A stretch of DNA of 64,000 bases. It comes from an uncultured Thiotrichales bacterium. Lineage in GTDB: Bacteria; Pseudomonadota; Gammaproteobacteria; UWMA-0217. Below the pieces are notes generated by a model. That model was not told the origin of the DNA, made no database searches, and saw nothing but the letters and a program-made list of their open reading frames with translations. Shown piece after piece: positions 31,687 to 41,064 of the stretch. Position 1 is the first letter of the stretch, and every line of letters starts with the position of its first letter. The stretch is taken from positions 6,310 to 70,309 of the forward strand of contig CAYTPO010000142.1 in NCBI GenBank assembly GCA_964439815.1, in the 5' to 3' direction. Position numbers and translations under genes: made by a program.

Positions 31687-32285
31687 AACCAAATCTGCAA
31701 CGCCTTCTGCTACCGGGATTCCTGCTCACGCTGCTAGGCAGCTGCGCCGTGCATGAAGCACCAACCCATTTCTACTCACTCAATGCCACTGTTCAACCAG
31801 CGCAGCAGACAATGCGACGACCGATAAAAATCGGCGTGGGTCCTCTCAATTTTCCCAAGGTGCTGCAACGCCCTCAGGTCGTTACCCGCAAGGGGGACAA
31901 TCAGATCAATGTTGCGGACTTTCACCAGTGGGGTGGCAGGCTGGATGAAGAGTTTCTGCGGATTCTCGGGGACAATCTGGTTACCTTGCTCGGCAGCAGC
32001 GAGGTCTATACCTACCCATGGGAGAGCAGGCTCAGGCCCGACTACCAGATCAGGATCAGCGTATCGAGATTTGATGGCCGACTCAACGATGCCATCACGC
32101 TGCGTGCCCGCTGGCAGCTACTGAGCCGCAAGGGACGCAGGGAACTCGTATCGGTACAGTCCAATATCGTTGAACCGGTTCATGGCAAGGCGTATGCCGA
32201 CTATGTTGCCGCCCAGAGCCGGGCGCTGGAAAAGCTTTCACGGGAGATCGCGGCAAAGATTGCCGTATTCGCCGATTCAAGGTAA
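31683..32285 (+). CDS. pqiC: PqiC/YmbA-like lipoprotein (ABC-type transport auxiliary component)
   Basis: Lipobox LLTLLGSC, about 200 aa, overlaps the pqiB stop. Gene order is conserved. Confidence 0.75.
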   Translation: MKPNLQRLLLPGFLLTLLGSCAVHEAPTHFYSLNATVQPAQQTMRRPIKIGVGPLNFPKVLQRPQVVTRKGDNQINVADFHQWGGRLDEEFLRILGDNLVTLLGSSEVYTYPWESRLRPDYQIRISVSRFDGRLNDAITLRARWQLLSRKGRRELVSVQSNIVEPVHGKAYADYVAAQSRALEKLSREIAAKIAVFADSR

Positions 32286-32371
32286 TGCTCGGGCGCCGGT
32301 CAGACGGCCACCGGAACACGTCTCTCGTCTATGACTTGCACCCGAGGCTTGAACGCGGATTCCCGCAAGGC

Positions 32372-33142
32372 TCAGTTGAACCAGTTGATCTCCAGTGCAG
32401 TCCGACTGCCAATGACGGCATCATCGAGGGAATTGGGTATATAGGCCAGCTCGCTATCGACCGGAATTCTCCCCCCCATGATTTCAGCCATTTTCTGTGG
32501 GTAACGATGCGTTACATAGGGATTCGCATAACCAACCGGGTAAAGCGGCATATTGGTGACAGGATCATATTTATCGGTCGCCCCCAGGGTATGCAGCATC
32601 TCATGGGCAATAACGAAGTTGTTCGTACCCCCGTAACCCGAGTCCGCATACGCATATACCAGCCCGATCAAACCTTTTGGCAAAGCCAGGGAATCGGGAA
32701 TGACATCGTTCCCTTCGGGTGCAAAATAGACCACGAACATTCGTATATCACCGGCATTCCAGCCATTATCATGAAAAGCGGCCCACCAGCGCATCTTCAG
32801 ACTGAACCAAACCGTATCGAGGACACTGGCCTCTTTCCCCTGTACCTGTCGTGGTGGCATGGCATCGACAACATCCGCGACCCGAACCTTGACCGGATTG
32901 CGCGAACCGATTTCATAGTACGCTCCCTGTCGCCGCATGAAGCGGGCAATATTGCTGAAATCGCTGTCCTGCAATTGCCTGATGTAACGTTCCGTCACCT
33001 CACTGCCGTCACCGTTGATGGGGTAGACAACGACATCGAGCGTCTCGATCCAGTCCGTGGCATCACGCTGCTCGATATAGGTATTGCCGGCTACCATCGT
33101 CAGGATACCCAGTAGAATGCTGATTCTTATTTTTCTCCACAT
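32372..33142 (-). CDS. Secreted putative zinc metallopeptidase with an HExxH motif
   Basis: Signal peptide followed by VIAHEMLHTLGATDKYD (HExxHxxGxxD, a zincin-like motif with a possible Asp third ligand). Confidence 0.5.
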   Translation of the reverse strand: MWRKIRISILLGILTMVAGNTYIEQRDATDWIETLDVVVYPINGDGSEVTERYIRQLQDSDFSNIARFMRRQGAYYEIGSRNPVKVRVADVVDAMPPRQVQGKEASVLDTVWFSLKMRWWAAFHDNGWNAGDIRMFVVYFAPEGNDVIPDSLALPKGLIGLVYAYADSGYGGTNNFVIAHEMLHTLGATDKYDPVTNMPLYPVGYANPYVTHRYPQKMAEIMGGRIPVDSELAYIPNSLDDAVIGSRTALEINWFN

Positions 33143-33286
33143 GCCACGATTCCCGATAAACGTTGCTGTTTGGCCGATAGTAGTATGCTTATAGTGGGAA
33201 TGTGGGTGAGCACTTCACAAAAACATGTGATCCCGATCAGAGTTTTATTTACAATTGCCCGACAAGCGGCGGATTTTCCGGAATAA

Positions 33287-34060
33287 ATGACGACAAGCAC
33301 TCATACAGTTAAGATCTATTCCACGCCCCCTCACCAATGCAGCTACCTGCAGGGAATGCATGCCTCCAATGCTTTTGTGGACCCCGCCTTCATTCCCGCA
33401 GCCGAGTCCTACCAGGCGCTGATCGATCAGGGCTACCGCCGTAGCGGTGACCACCTCTACAAGCCGGTCTGCTTGTCGTGCAATGCCTGCATTCCCTGCA
33501 GGGTGGATACATCCCGCTTTTCTCTGAGCCGCAGCCAGAAGCGCTGCTGGAAACGCAATGCCGATCTGCAGGTCGAACTGCAACCCGCCAGCTTTTCCGA
33601 CGAGCGTTTTGCACTCTATCGCAAGTATCTGAATTCACGTCACGCCGATGGTGATATGGCCAACCCCGACAAAGAGAGTTTCCGCAACTTTCTCTTTGCC
33701 AAGTGGAGCAATACGCTGTTCGTCGAATTTCGCCTGCACGGCAAACTGGTCAGCGTTGCCGTCGTCGATGTCCTGCCACGAGGATACTCGGCGGTTTACA
33801 CCTTCTTTGATCCGCAGTACAGCCGCAGAAGCCCGGGAACCTACGCTGTACTCTGGGAAATCGAGCATGCCCGGATGCAGGGGTTGCCCTATGTCTATCT
33901 GGGCTACTGGATCGAGGAGAGCCCCAAGATGAACTATAAATCCCATTTTCAACCACTGGAGATACTTCAGGATGGACACTGGCAAGCGTTTGCCGAAGAC
34001 ACCCCATCCGACACACCGAAACCCCATGAAAATATATCTGGAACAATAGGTTATGAATAA
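33287..34060 (+). CDS. bpt: Aspartate/glutamate leucyltransferase Bpt (arginyl-tRNA-protein transferase family)
   Basis: 257 aa. N-terminal Cys cluster (CSYLQG...CLSCNACIPCR) and C-terminal ATE domain, colinear with bacterial Bpt. Confidence 0.8.
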   Translation: MTTSTHTVKIYSTPPHQCSYLQGMHASNAFVDPAFIPAAESYQALIDQGYRRSGDHLYKPVCLSCNACIPCRVDTSRFSLSRSQKRCWKRNADLQVELQPASFSDERFALYRKYLNSRHADGDMANPDKESFRNFLFAKWSNTLFVEFRLHGKLVSVAVVDVLPRGYSAVYTFFDPQYSRRSPGTYAVLWEIEHARMQGLPYVYLGYWIEESPKMNYKSHFQPLEILQDGHWQAFAEDTPSDTPKPHENISGTIGYE

Positions 34061-34661
34061 TACTTCATGCAGTTTACTAATATCTGCCCTGATCGCCCTG
34101 GGCGCTCCGGTCACCTCGCATGCTGCAGAGTGCAGTCGTGCTGATATCAACCATTACCTGGACAAGGGGTTTTCGCTGGCACAGATCACCAAACTATGCG
34201 GTGAGGAAAGCGACACTGCTGCGCCCAAAACAGCAGCTACCGTCAAAACCGACACGACACTATCCAACATCAGTGTCTTTCTACAAACAGCCATCGATGC
34301 CGAACAGGTAGACATCACACCAGATGCCGTAATCCTTACCCAGGACCGCTGCTTCCCCTATGGCGAGGAGGGTTACAGCGGTATCAGACCCTCGGCATGC
34401 GTGGTAAAAAAAGTGCGAATAGCACGCAAGGGCCTGACGATCGGAGATGTCATCGAAGAACGCTTCATCATCCGCGAAGGCAAACTCATCGTCCAGGGGG
34501 ATATCCGGCAAACCTTTGAGCGAACCGGCAAGTTGAGGAAACGGGAACTGAAAGGCCTGCAGGCGCAGTATCCTGCCCATTTGTCGGAATACAATCTTCC
34601 TGTCAAGAAGAGCATGAAGCGCAAGAAAATTGCCGAAGCGCTGAAGAAACTCGCGAAATGA
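34053..34661 (+). CDS. Secreted Cys-containing, Lys-rich hypothetical protein, translationally coupled to bpt (its ATG overlaps the bpt stop in ATGAATAA)
   Basis: Signal peptide MNNTSCSLLISALIALGAPVTSHA. No family recognised. Confidence 0.5.
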   Translation: MNNTSCSLLISALIALGAPVTSHAAECSRADINHYLDKGFSLAQITKLCGEESDTAAPKTAATVKTDTTLSNISVFLQTAIDAEQVDITPDAVILTQDRCFPYGEEGYSGIRPSACVVKKVRIARKGLTIGDVIEERFIIREGKLIVQGDIRQTFERTGKLRKRELKGLQAQYPAHLSEYNLPVKKSMKRKKIAEALKKLAK

Positions 34662-34663
34662 AC

Positions 34664-34700
34664 CCATAAAAAAAAGCCCCGTTTCAGCGGGGCTTTTTCT
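34664..34700. terminator. Bidirectional rho-independent terminator (A8-agccccg-tttcag-cggggct-T5) between convergent genes
   Basis: Perfect 7-bp GC-rich stem at 34675-34681 / 34688-34694, flanked by an A-run and a T-run. Confidence 0.85.
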
Positions 34701-34728
34701 CTGCGTCGTGACTATGCCGCCGCCGCGA

Positions 34729-36135
34729 TCAGATCTCGATATTCAACGCCTTGAGCGTATCCATCGTCAATCCTCCACGTGCCAGGCCATTCTTGCGCTG
34801 GAAGTTGCTGATGGCGCGCTGTGTCTGAGATCCCAGATGACCGTCAACCGATACGGCAAACCCGGCTTCCTTCAATGCAGCTTGTACCTTCTTGACCAAA
34901 TCAGGAGTCGTATTGGTCTCGCAGAGGATCTGGCGCCACTCCAGACGTTCGTCACTGACCTTGACCTTCTTCGTCAGCTTCTGGGTCTTGGCGGGGATAG
35001 GAATACGCTTTTCGGCAGCCGGAGAAACCAGCTTGCGAACCCGGATGGTTTCAGTCACCGCAGGAATCTCGATACGCTTGGTCGTCGCTGGTGTCTTGAG
35101 AACTCGCTTGGTTACCGTCTTGTACACCGCAGGATTCTCACGCAGACACAGCTTGTTGCCAGTAGGTTTGCTACCTTCAGGTGCAGGCTCGGTAGAAAGC
35201 ACCCAAGATACGGACTCGTCCGATACCTTGACCCGTTTGGTGATCTCCGTGTACTGAGCCGGAATGGTTTCATGCTTCTCTTCCGCTGGCGTCACCAGCT
35301 TTCTCATCTTGACCGTCTTGTACTCGGCCGGGATTTCGATGGTCTTGGTCGTTGCCGGTGTCTTGACCACACGACGCGTTACCGTCTTGTACTTGGCAGG
35401 AATCTCCACCAGACACATGATCTCACCGGTTGCATTGTCCAGCCGTTCCTTGGATCCACGTCCCTTCTTCCATTTTGTGGTGGCCGGTGCAACCAGTACC
35501 TTTTCGGTCTCGGTACCATAGACGGCAGGTACATTGACTACCTTGGTCGAGGCTTCCTTGACCAGCACCTTCTCTTCCACCCACTCATACTTGGGTGGCA
35601 CAACCGTTATCTTTTCAGAGGCCTCCTTGGCAACCACCTTCTCGGTTTCGGTACGATAGACCGCAGGCTTGTAGTACTCCAGATAACACTGGCCCGGCTG
35701 TGCGGAATCCGCCGGCAATCCCGCCCCCTTGGCGTAGGCGACCAGCGAGGCGCCCGCTGTCTTGACCTGCTTCTTAGGCGTCGTCAACATCCATTGAGTC
35801 GAAGCCGGCTTGACTTCAATACGCTCGGTGACCGATTCATAAACAGCCGGAACGGGAACCAGCTTGAAAGAGGCATCCTTGATCTGAACCTTATCCTCCA
35901 CCCATTCGTACTTGGCGGGAATGACTTCGATACGTTCGGAGGCTTCGCTGACAACGACTTCCTCAGTGCGCTCCTCGTATTTGGCGGGAATGATGACTTT
36001 GGCGTAGCACTCACCGGGTTTGGCATCGGGAAGCGTGCTCGTGGCATCGGTCTGCGCATACCCCACACTGGAAACTGCCAGCGCAGCGGCAATAAAAAGG
36101 TTTAAGGAATTTCTATTCATAAGGATGGATCTCAT
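34729..36135 (-). CDS. Periplasmic tandem-repeat protein with about 12 copies of a roughly 23-aa (I/V)PAxY(E/K)xV unit and a C-terminal peptidoglycan-binding (PG_binding_1-like) domain
   Basis: Signal peptide. Repeats IPAKYEERTEEVVV / IPAKYEWVEDKVQIK / VPAVYESVTERIEV / PAVYRTETEKVVAKEASEKITVV / IPAEYKTVKMRKLV and others. C-terminal DLVKKVQAALKEAGFAVSVDGHLGSQTQRAISNFQRKNGL. Confidence 0.6.
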   Translation of the reverse strand: MRSILMNRNSLNLFIAAALAVSSVGYAQTDATSTLPDAKPGECYAKVIIPAKYEERTEEVVVSEASERIEVIPAKYEWVEDKVQIKDASFKLVPVPAVYESVTERIEVKPASTQWMLTTPKKQVKTAGASLVAYAKGAGLPADSAQPGQCYLEYYKPAVYRTETEKVVAKEASEKITVVPPKYEWVEEKVLVKEASTKVVNVPAVYGTETEKVLVAPATTKWKKGRGSKERLDNATGEIMCLVEIPAKYKTVTRRVVKTPATTKTIEIPAEYKTVKMRKLVTPAEEKHETIPAQYTEITKRVKVSDESVSWVLSTEPAPEGSKPTGNKLCLRENPAVYKTVTKRVLKTPATTKRIEIPAVTETIRVRKLVSPAAEKRIPIPAKTQKLTKKVKVSDERLEWRQILCETNTTPDLVKKVQAALKEAGFAVSVDGHLGSQTQRAISNFQRKNGLARGGLTMDTLKALNIEI

Positions 36136-36392
36136 TAAATTTTATACTAAATGTCCAACATCAGATACTAGCCCAAAATGTGAGAAAGTCCACACTTTAG
36201 CGTGAACAAAAGTATCAAAGGTCCGCCTGCAAGGTCATCGGCAACAGGCATTGAAAACACCGATCAGGCAGCGATAATATACTCCAAGTATATATCACAT
36301 CACATTGATTTCATGAATTATATTTTTCAGATATATGAGGCGTTGCTAACCGCCTTTGCCAAGATCAGTCTGTTTCCCCACCCACTACCCTG

Positions 36393-36962
36393 TCACGATG
36401 ATGCCACATCGAGCAGGCCACGCAGAAATTCCCAGTCGAACGCAGGCCCGGGATCGGTTTTTCTTCCGGGAGCAATATCACAGTGGCCAACAATCCGCCC
36501 GGTGGAAATTCCGGGATAGGCTTCGCTCAATGCAAGAATAACGTTAGCCAGGGTCGTGTACTGCCTGCTGGTGTAGTTTTCGGTGTCAGTGCCTTCCAGC
36601 TCGATACCGATCGAATAATCATTACAGGAAGCACGCCCCTGGTAGCTGGAAACACCTGCATGCCAGGCACGTTTATGGAAGGGTACGTACTGCACCCGCT
36701 CGCCTTCCCGGCGCAGCAGCAGGTGCGAGGAGACCCTAAGCGTGCAGATATCCTTGAAATAGGGATCTGCCGCCGGATCCAGTCTGTTGCAGAAAAGATC
36801 ATCGATGAAACCGAGGCCAAACCGACCGGGTGGCAGGCTGATATTGTGAATGACCAGCAAATCTGGCTCGACTCCATCCGGACGATCGTCAAAATTGGGG
36901 GATGGCACTTGACGTGCATCCAGCAGCTTTCCTGTTTCTCTATCGATTCTCATCAGATTCAC
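36393..36962 (-). CDS. ampD: 1,6-anhydro-N-acetylmuramyl-L-alanine amidase AmpD
   Basis: 189 aa. Amidase_2 motifs (VIHNISLPPG, HAGVS...WHAG, GHCDIAPGRKTDPGPAF). Confidence 0.85.
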   Translation of the reverse strand: MNLMRIDRETGKLLDARQVPSPNFDDRPDGVEPDLLVIHNISLPPGRFGLGFIDDLFCNRLDPAADPYFKDICTLRVSSHLLLRREGERVQYVPFHKRAWHAGVSSYQGRASCNDYSIGIELEGTDTENYTSRQYTTLANVILALSEAYPGISTGRIVGHCDIAPGRKTDPGPAFDWEFLRGLLDVASS

Positions 36963-37191
36963 TCAACGCATTCAACCTGCCACCATCCGGAAATCAGAAC
37001 TTGCAGACCATGACGAAAACGATAGAATCCGCCGCTCGCCATTGCAAGCCATCTTGCCCGATCCCTGAATCCGAATCCTGAATCCCAGGAATTCAGGCTA
37101 TCTGTCTGTTCACTCAATATCGGGAACCAATGGCGCCCAACCTGTATGCTGGCCCGACAAACTGGAGAGGACAACCGAGATTCCCAACCCG

Positions 37192-39189
37192 ATGGATACA
37201 CTGAACCCCCAACAACGCGCCGCCGTCGAGCATGTAGGTACGCCACTTCTGGTACTGGCTGGCGCCGGCAGCGGCAAGACCCGGGTCATTACCGAAAAGA
37301 TCGCCTTTCTGATTCGCGAGCACGGTATTGATGCACGCCATATCGCCGCCATCACCTTCACCAACAAGGCTGCAAAGGAGCTGCAGACACGAATTGGCAA
37401 ACTGCTGACAACCAGCGCCGCCAAGGGTCTGCAAGCATCAACTTTTCACACCCTCGGGCTGCGAATCATTCGTCAGGAACTCAAGACGCTGGGTTACAAG
37501 GCCGGCTTTTCCATCTTCGACGCCCAAGACAGCGGTCAGCTGCTGAAAGAGCTGGCGCGCAAGGAGAATATCGAGTCGGCAGACAGTATTCAGTGGCGCA
37601 TTTCCGGCTGGAAGAACGATTTCATCAGCCCTGACCAGGCCTTCAGTACCGCAGAGGACAGCGAAGCGGCCTTTCATGCCCAGCTCTATGAACGCTACCA
37701 ACGCCAGCTCAAGGCCTACAATGCCGTCGATTTCGACGATCTGATCGTCCTGCCAGTCAAGCTGTTCCAGTCCAACCACGAGATCCGCGAGAAATGGCAA
37801 AACCGGCTGCGCTACCTGCTGGTGGACGAGTATCAGGATACCAATGCCTGTCAGTACCAGCTGGTAAAGCTGCTGGCCGGGGTCGAGGGGCGACTGACTG
37901 CGGTTGGCGACGATGACCAGTCAATCTACGCCTGGCGGGGGGCGCGCCCTGAAAACCTAAATCTTCTGAAACAGGACTTCCCCACGCTGGAGGTCATCAT
38001 GCTGGAGCAGAATTACCGCTCCACCAGCCGGATCCTGCAAAGTGCGAACACACTGATCGCCAACAACCCCCATGTGTTCGAAAAGCAGCTGTGGAGTACA
38101 CTGGGTGAAGGTGACCCACTACGGGTCATTCCCTGCAACGGCGCCGAACACGAAGCCGAGCGGATCGTCTCCGAGATCATGAACATCAAGTTCAGAAGGA
38201 AAATCGACTACAACCAGTTCGCCATCCTCTACCGTGGCAACTTCCAGTCACGGCTGTTTGAACGCAAGCTGCGGGAACACGATATCCCCTATTTCGTCAG
38301 TGGCGGCACCTCCTTTTTCGAACGTGCAGAAATCAAGGACATCATCGCCTATCTCCGCCTGATCACCAATCCGGATGACGACGCCGCCTTCCTGCGCACG
38401 GTCAACACCCCGAGACGCGAAATCGGGGCCTCCACGCTGGAAAAACTGGGCCAGTACGCCACCGAGCGAGATACCAGCCTGCTGGCTGCCAGCAGCGAAA
38501 TGGGGTTGGTGCAACGACTGAGCGAACGGGCAGTACTCCGTTTGCAACGCTTCACGGATCAGATCAGCGAATTGGCCTATCGTGCCGAAGAGGCACCCGC
38601 GCTGGTACTGGTCAAATCCCTGTTGAATGAAATCGCCTATGAAGACTGGCTGCGTGAAATCAGCAGCAATGACAGGATTGCCGACAAGCGCATCGAGAAC
38701 GTCAGTGAACTGGTCGACTGGATTAATCGTCTGAGCGCCAAGAAACAGGGTGACACATCACTCAGGGATATTGTCAACCGCATGCAGCTGATGGATATCC
38801 TGGAGCGCAACAACGACTCCGAACACGACAAAGGTGTGCAATTGATGACGCTGCATGCCGCCAAGGGGCTGGAGTTCCCCCATGTCTTTATTGCCGGCAT
38901 GGAAGAGGAGTTGATCCCCCACAAGACCAGCATCGAAGAGGACAATCTGGAAGAGGAGCGCAGACTGGCTTATGTGGGCATTACCCGTGCCCGTCAGTCC
39001 CTGACCATGACCTATGCAAAAAAACGGCAGAAATTCGGCGAGGAAATCGACTGTGAACCTAGCCGCTTTCTGGATGAACTACCTGCCGAACACCTCGAAT
39101 GGGATGATCCCGCCAACGTCAACGAAGCGCGTGCACGGGAAACGGGCCGCAGTCATCTGAAACACCTGAAGGCATTGCTGGGTGACTGA
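37192..39189 (+). CDS. rep: ATP-dependent DNA helicase Rep (UvrD/Rep superfamily 1)
   Basis: 665 aa. LNPQQRAAVEHVGTPLLVLAGAGSGKTRVIT Walker A and DEYQDTN motifs. The size matches Rep. Confidence 0.85.
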   Translation: MDTLNPQQRAAVEHVGTPLLVLAGAGSGKTRVITEKIAFLIREHGIDARHIAAITFTNKAAKELQTRIGKLLTTSAAKGLQASTFHTLGLRIIRQELKTLGYKAGFSIFDAQDSGQLLKELARKENIESADSIQWRISGWKNDFISPDQAFSTAEDSEAAFHAQLYERYQRQLKAYNAVDFDDLIVLPVKLFQSNHEIREKWQNRLRYLLVDEYQDTNACQYQLVKLLAGVEGRLTAVGDDDQSIYAWRGARPENLNLLKQDFPTLEVIMLEQNYRSTSRILQSANTLIANNPHVFEKQLWSTLGEGDPLRVIPCNGAEHEAERIVSEIMNIKFRRKIDYNQFAILYRGNFQSRLFERKLREHDIPYFVSGGTSFFERAEIKDIIAYLRLITNPDDDAAFLRTVNTPRREIGASTLEKLGQYATERDTSLLAASSEMGLVQRLSERAVLRLQRFTDQISELAYRAEEAPALVLVKSLLNEIAYEDWLREISSNDRIADKRIENVSELVDWINRLSAKKQGDTSLRDIVNRMQLMDILERNNDSEHDKGVQLMTLHAAKGLEFPHVFIAGMEEELIPHKTSIEEDNLEEERRLAYVGITRARQSLTMTYAKKRQKFGEEIDCEPSRFLDELPAEHLEWDDPANVNEARARETGRSHLKHLKALLGD

Positions 39190-39370
39190 TCGCTTCAGCC
39201 CCGGCACTGCAGCAGGAATGCAATGTTGCGGTTGATCAATTACCGTCACGGATTCCATGCGGTATAAAGCTGGTATTGGTCTATAGTCTTATGTGACCAA
39301 GTTACTGAACCCGCTGGTCACTTGAAAGAGAATGACAAGCCTTATCACATATTGAACTGGAGTAATCACA

Positions 39371-39553
39371 ATGCCAAAAAATGTCGGCGGTATCGACCGC
39401 ATCCTCAGAATCGTTGTTGGCGCCCTGCTGATCGTTTGGGCACTGTTCCTCGGCGGCCCTGCCTGGGCTTGGATCGGAGTAGTCCCATTGGCAACAGGTT
39501 TATTGAATTTCTGCCCTGCCTACAGCATTCTCGGATTGAACACCAACAAGTAA
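39371..39553 (+). CDS. Small two-TM membrane protein, DUF2892 (YgaP C-terminal-like)
   Basis: 60 aa. RILRIVVGALLIVWALFLG...GVVPLATGLLNFCPAYSILGLNT matches the DUF2892 pattern. Confidence 0.6.
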   Translation: MPKNVGGIDRILRIVVGALLIVWALFLGGPAWAWIGVVPLATGLLNFCPAYSILGLNTNK

Positions 39554-39567
39554 ACGTTCTACGGTGT

Positions 39568-39602
39568 CAGCACGCCATCAAATCAGGTTTGATGGCGTGC
39601 TG
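39568..39602. terminator. Strong hairpin with a 15-bp perfect stem (cagcacgccatcaaa / tttgatggcgtgctg) between convergent genes; there is no clear U-tract
   Basis: Inverted repeat read directly, with loop tcagg. Confidence 0.55.
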
Positions 39603-39686
39603 GGCAGGCAATCCTGTACAAAACAGTGGATTACCTGTCTGGTGCCACCTCATGCCCCTTGGCTCGACCCCCTGAGCAGTAATGCA

Positions 39687-40343
39687 TCACGCCACGGGCA
39701 ATAGCCGGGAAAAATCCCCTACCGCAATAAAATCACCCTCCGGCCTCGGTGCCTGTTGTGAATCAGGCTGCTGTATCGAGCGCAGATGGCGTATGCCTGC
39801 AATTCTTGCCGACTCGAGTACAGTGTGGCTGTCATCGATCAACAAGGTGCTGTCGACGTCGAAAGGCTCCACAGCCTTCACCTTTTCCCAGAAGGCGGGG
39901 TCTTCCTTTGGCAGCCCCAGATCATGGGAACAGATCATGGCATCAAAATAGGTCTCCAGGCCTGTCTGTGCCATTTTCAGGGAAAGGCTCTTCTGGTGTG
40001 CGTTGGTTACCAGCACAACCCGCTTGTCTGATGACCTGAGTGCCTTCAGAAAACCGCTTGCTCCTGGCCTGATTGCAATCAGGTGTTCGATATCACGCTT
40101 GAGCGCAGCAATATCCAACTCCAGCGCATCACTCCAGTAATCGATGCAATACCAGTTCAACGTCCCGGTAATGGCCTGGTATTTTTCTTCGAGCACACGT
40201 CGTGCCTCATCCAGAGCCATGCCGTGCTGGCCGGCATACTTTTGTGGCACATGTTCAAGCCAGAAGTGGTTGTCGAAATGGAGGTCCAGCAGGGTTCCGT
40301 CCATATCGAGAAACACAGTTCTGATTGCTTTCCAATCGATCAT
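39687..40343 (-). CDS. yrfG: HAD-superfamily hydrolase, YrfG-like GMP/IMP nucleotidase. The real start is MIDWKAIRTVFLDMDGTLLD.
   Basis: FLDMDGTLLD motif I and VTNAHQ/IDDS motifs. The ORF-track entry is extended upstream into the preceding gene. Confidence 0.7.
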   Translation of the reverse strand: MIDWKAIRTVFLDMDGTLLDLHFDNHFWLEHVPQKYAGQHGMALDEARRVLEEKYQAITGTLNWYCIDYWSDALELDIAALKRDIEHLIAIRPGASGFLKALRSSDKRVVLVTNAHQKSLSLKMAQTGLETYFDAMICSHDLGLPKEDPAFWEKVKAVEPFDVDSTLLIDDSHTVLESARIAGIRHLRSIQQPDSQQAPRPEGDFIAVGDFSRLLPVA

Positions 40344-40345
40344 TT

Positions 40346-40918
40346 TCAGGCTGCCTGGCCATCCTGTTCCGCAAACTGGATCAGCTCCACATCCCAATCG
40401 ATATTGGTCAATGTCAGCACCACACAAGCCGGGCCACCATGATTACGGACATAACCCGCTGCGCCCGGATTCAATACCCAGGTGTCCCCATCAGCATCCC
40501 AGACCTGACGATGGGTGTGACCATAGATCACCATTCTCGCCTCGGGATGAGCCGCACGCAGTTCACCATGATCCGGGTTATTGCCGAAGCGATGACCATG
40601 TTCGACCATGATGAGACCCCCGGGCACGGAAATATGCGCAATTGCCGGCAGGTTGTTTACCACAGCCGAATCATCGATTGGCCACAGCGCCGCATGATCG
40701 TTGTTTCCGGCAATCGCAACCACATGATCATTCACCTGCTTGAGTTCATCGAGTACCGATGCCGCGCAGATATCACCAGCGTGTATGACCGCATCGCAGC
40801 CAGCCGCTACCTCTGCAACACGCTGGTCCAGATTTGCGTGTGTATCGGAGACCACCGCCACACGCAGCGACTGCTTGCCATCCCCAAGTTCAAAATATTC
40901 CATAGCCCGCTCTGTCAA
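40346..40918 (-). CDS. Metallophosphoesterase (YfcE/MJ0936-like phosphodiesterase)
   Basis: VVSDTHANLD, HAGDI, GNNDH and GHTH calcineurin-like phosphoesterase motifs. Confidence 0.7.
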   Translation of the reverse strand: MTERAMEYFELGDGKQSLRVAVVSDTHANLDQRVAEVAAGCDAVIHAGDICAASVLDELKQVNDHVVAIAGNNDHAALWPIDDSAVVNNLPAIAHISVPGGLIMVEHGHRFGNNPDHGELRAAHPEARMVIYGHTHRQVWDADGDTWVLNPGAAGYVRNHGGPACVVLTLTNIDWDVELIQFAEQDGQAA

Positions 40919-40941
40919 ATAGATTCATGATAAAAAAGTTG

Positions 40942-41017
40942 GGTAACTACTCAGCTACTGCTTGTCCGAACTACTCGCCGAGCAACTACAAAGCTGGTAA
41001 CTACTCAGTGAGTAGCC
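40942..41017. promoter_or_regulatory. Cluster of short direct repeats immediately upstream of the metallophosphoesterase gene. GGTAACTACTCAG occurs exactly twice (40942-40954 and 40996-41008), with degenerate AACTAC copies and inverted GAGTAGCC copies nearby.
   Basis: Read directly. Related AACTACTCAG motifs occur at 1824-1845 upstream of accA and at 42188-42201. Confidence 0.5.
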
Positions 41018-41064
41018 GGTATTTGCCGTAGCTGCCCGGACTTCAGGAGCAAGCCGAGTAGCCA

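Noticed and set aside
34708-36105. 465-aa plus-strand ORF opposite the tandem-repeat protein gene
   Set aside because: The minus-strand frame has a signal peptide, regular repeats and a peptidoglycan-binding domain. The plus frame is a repeat-induced open frame.
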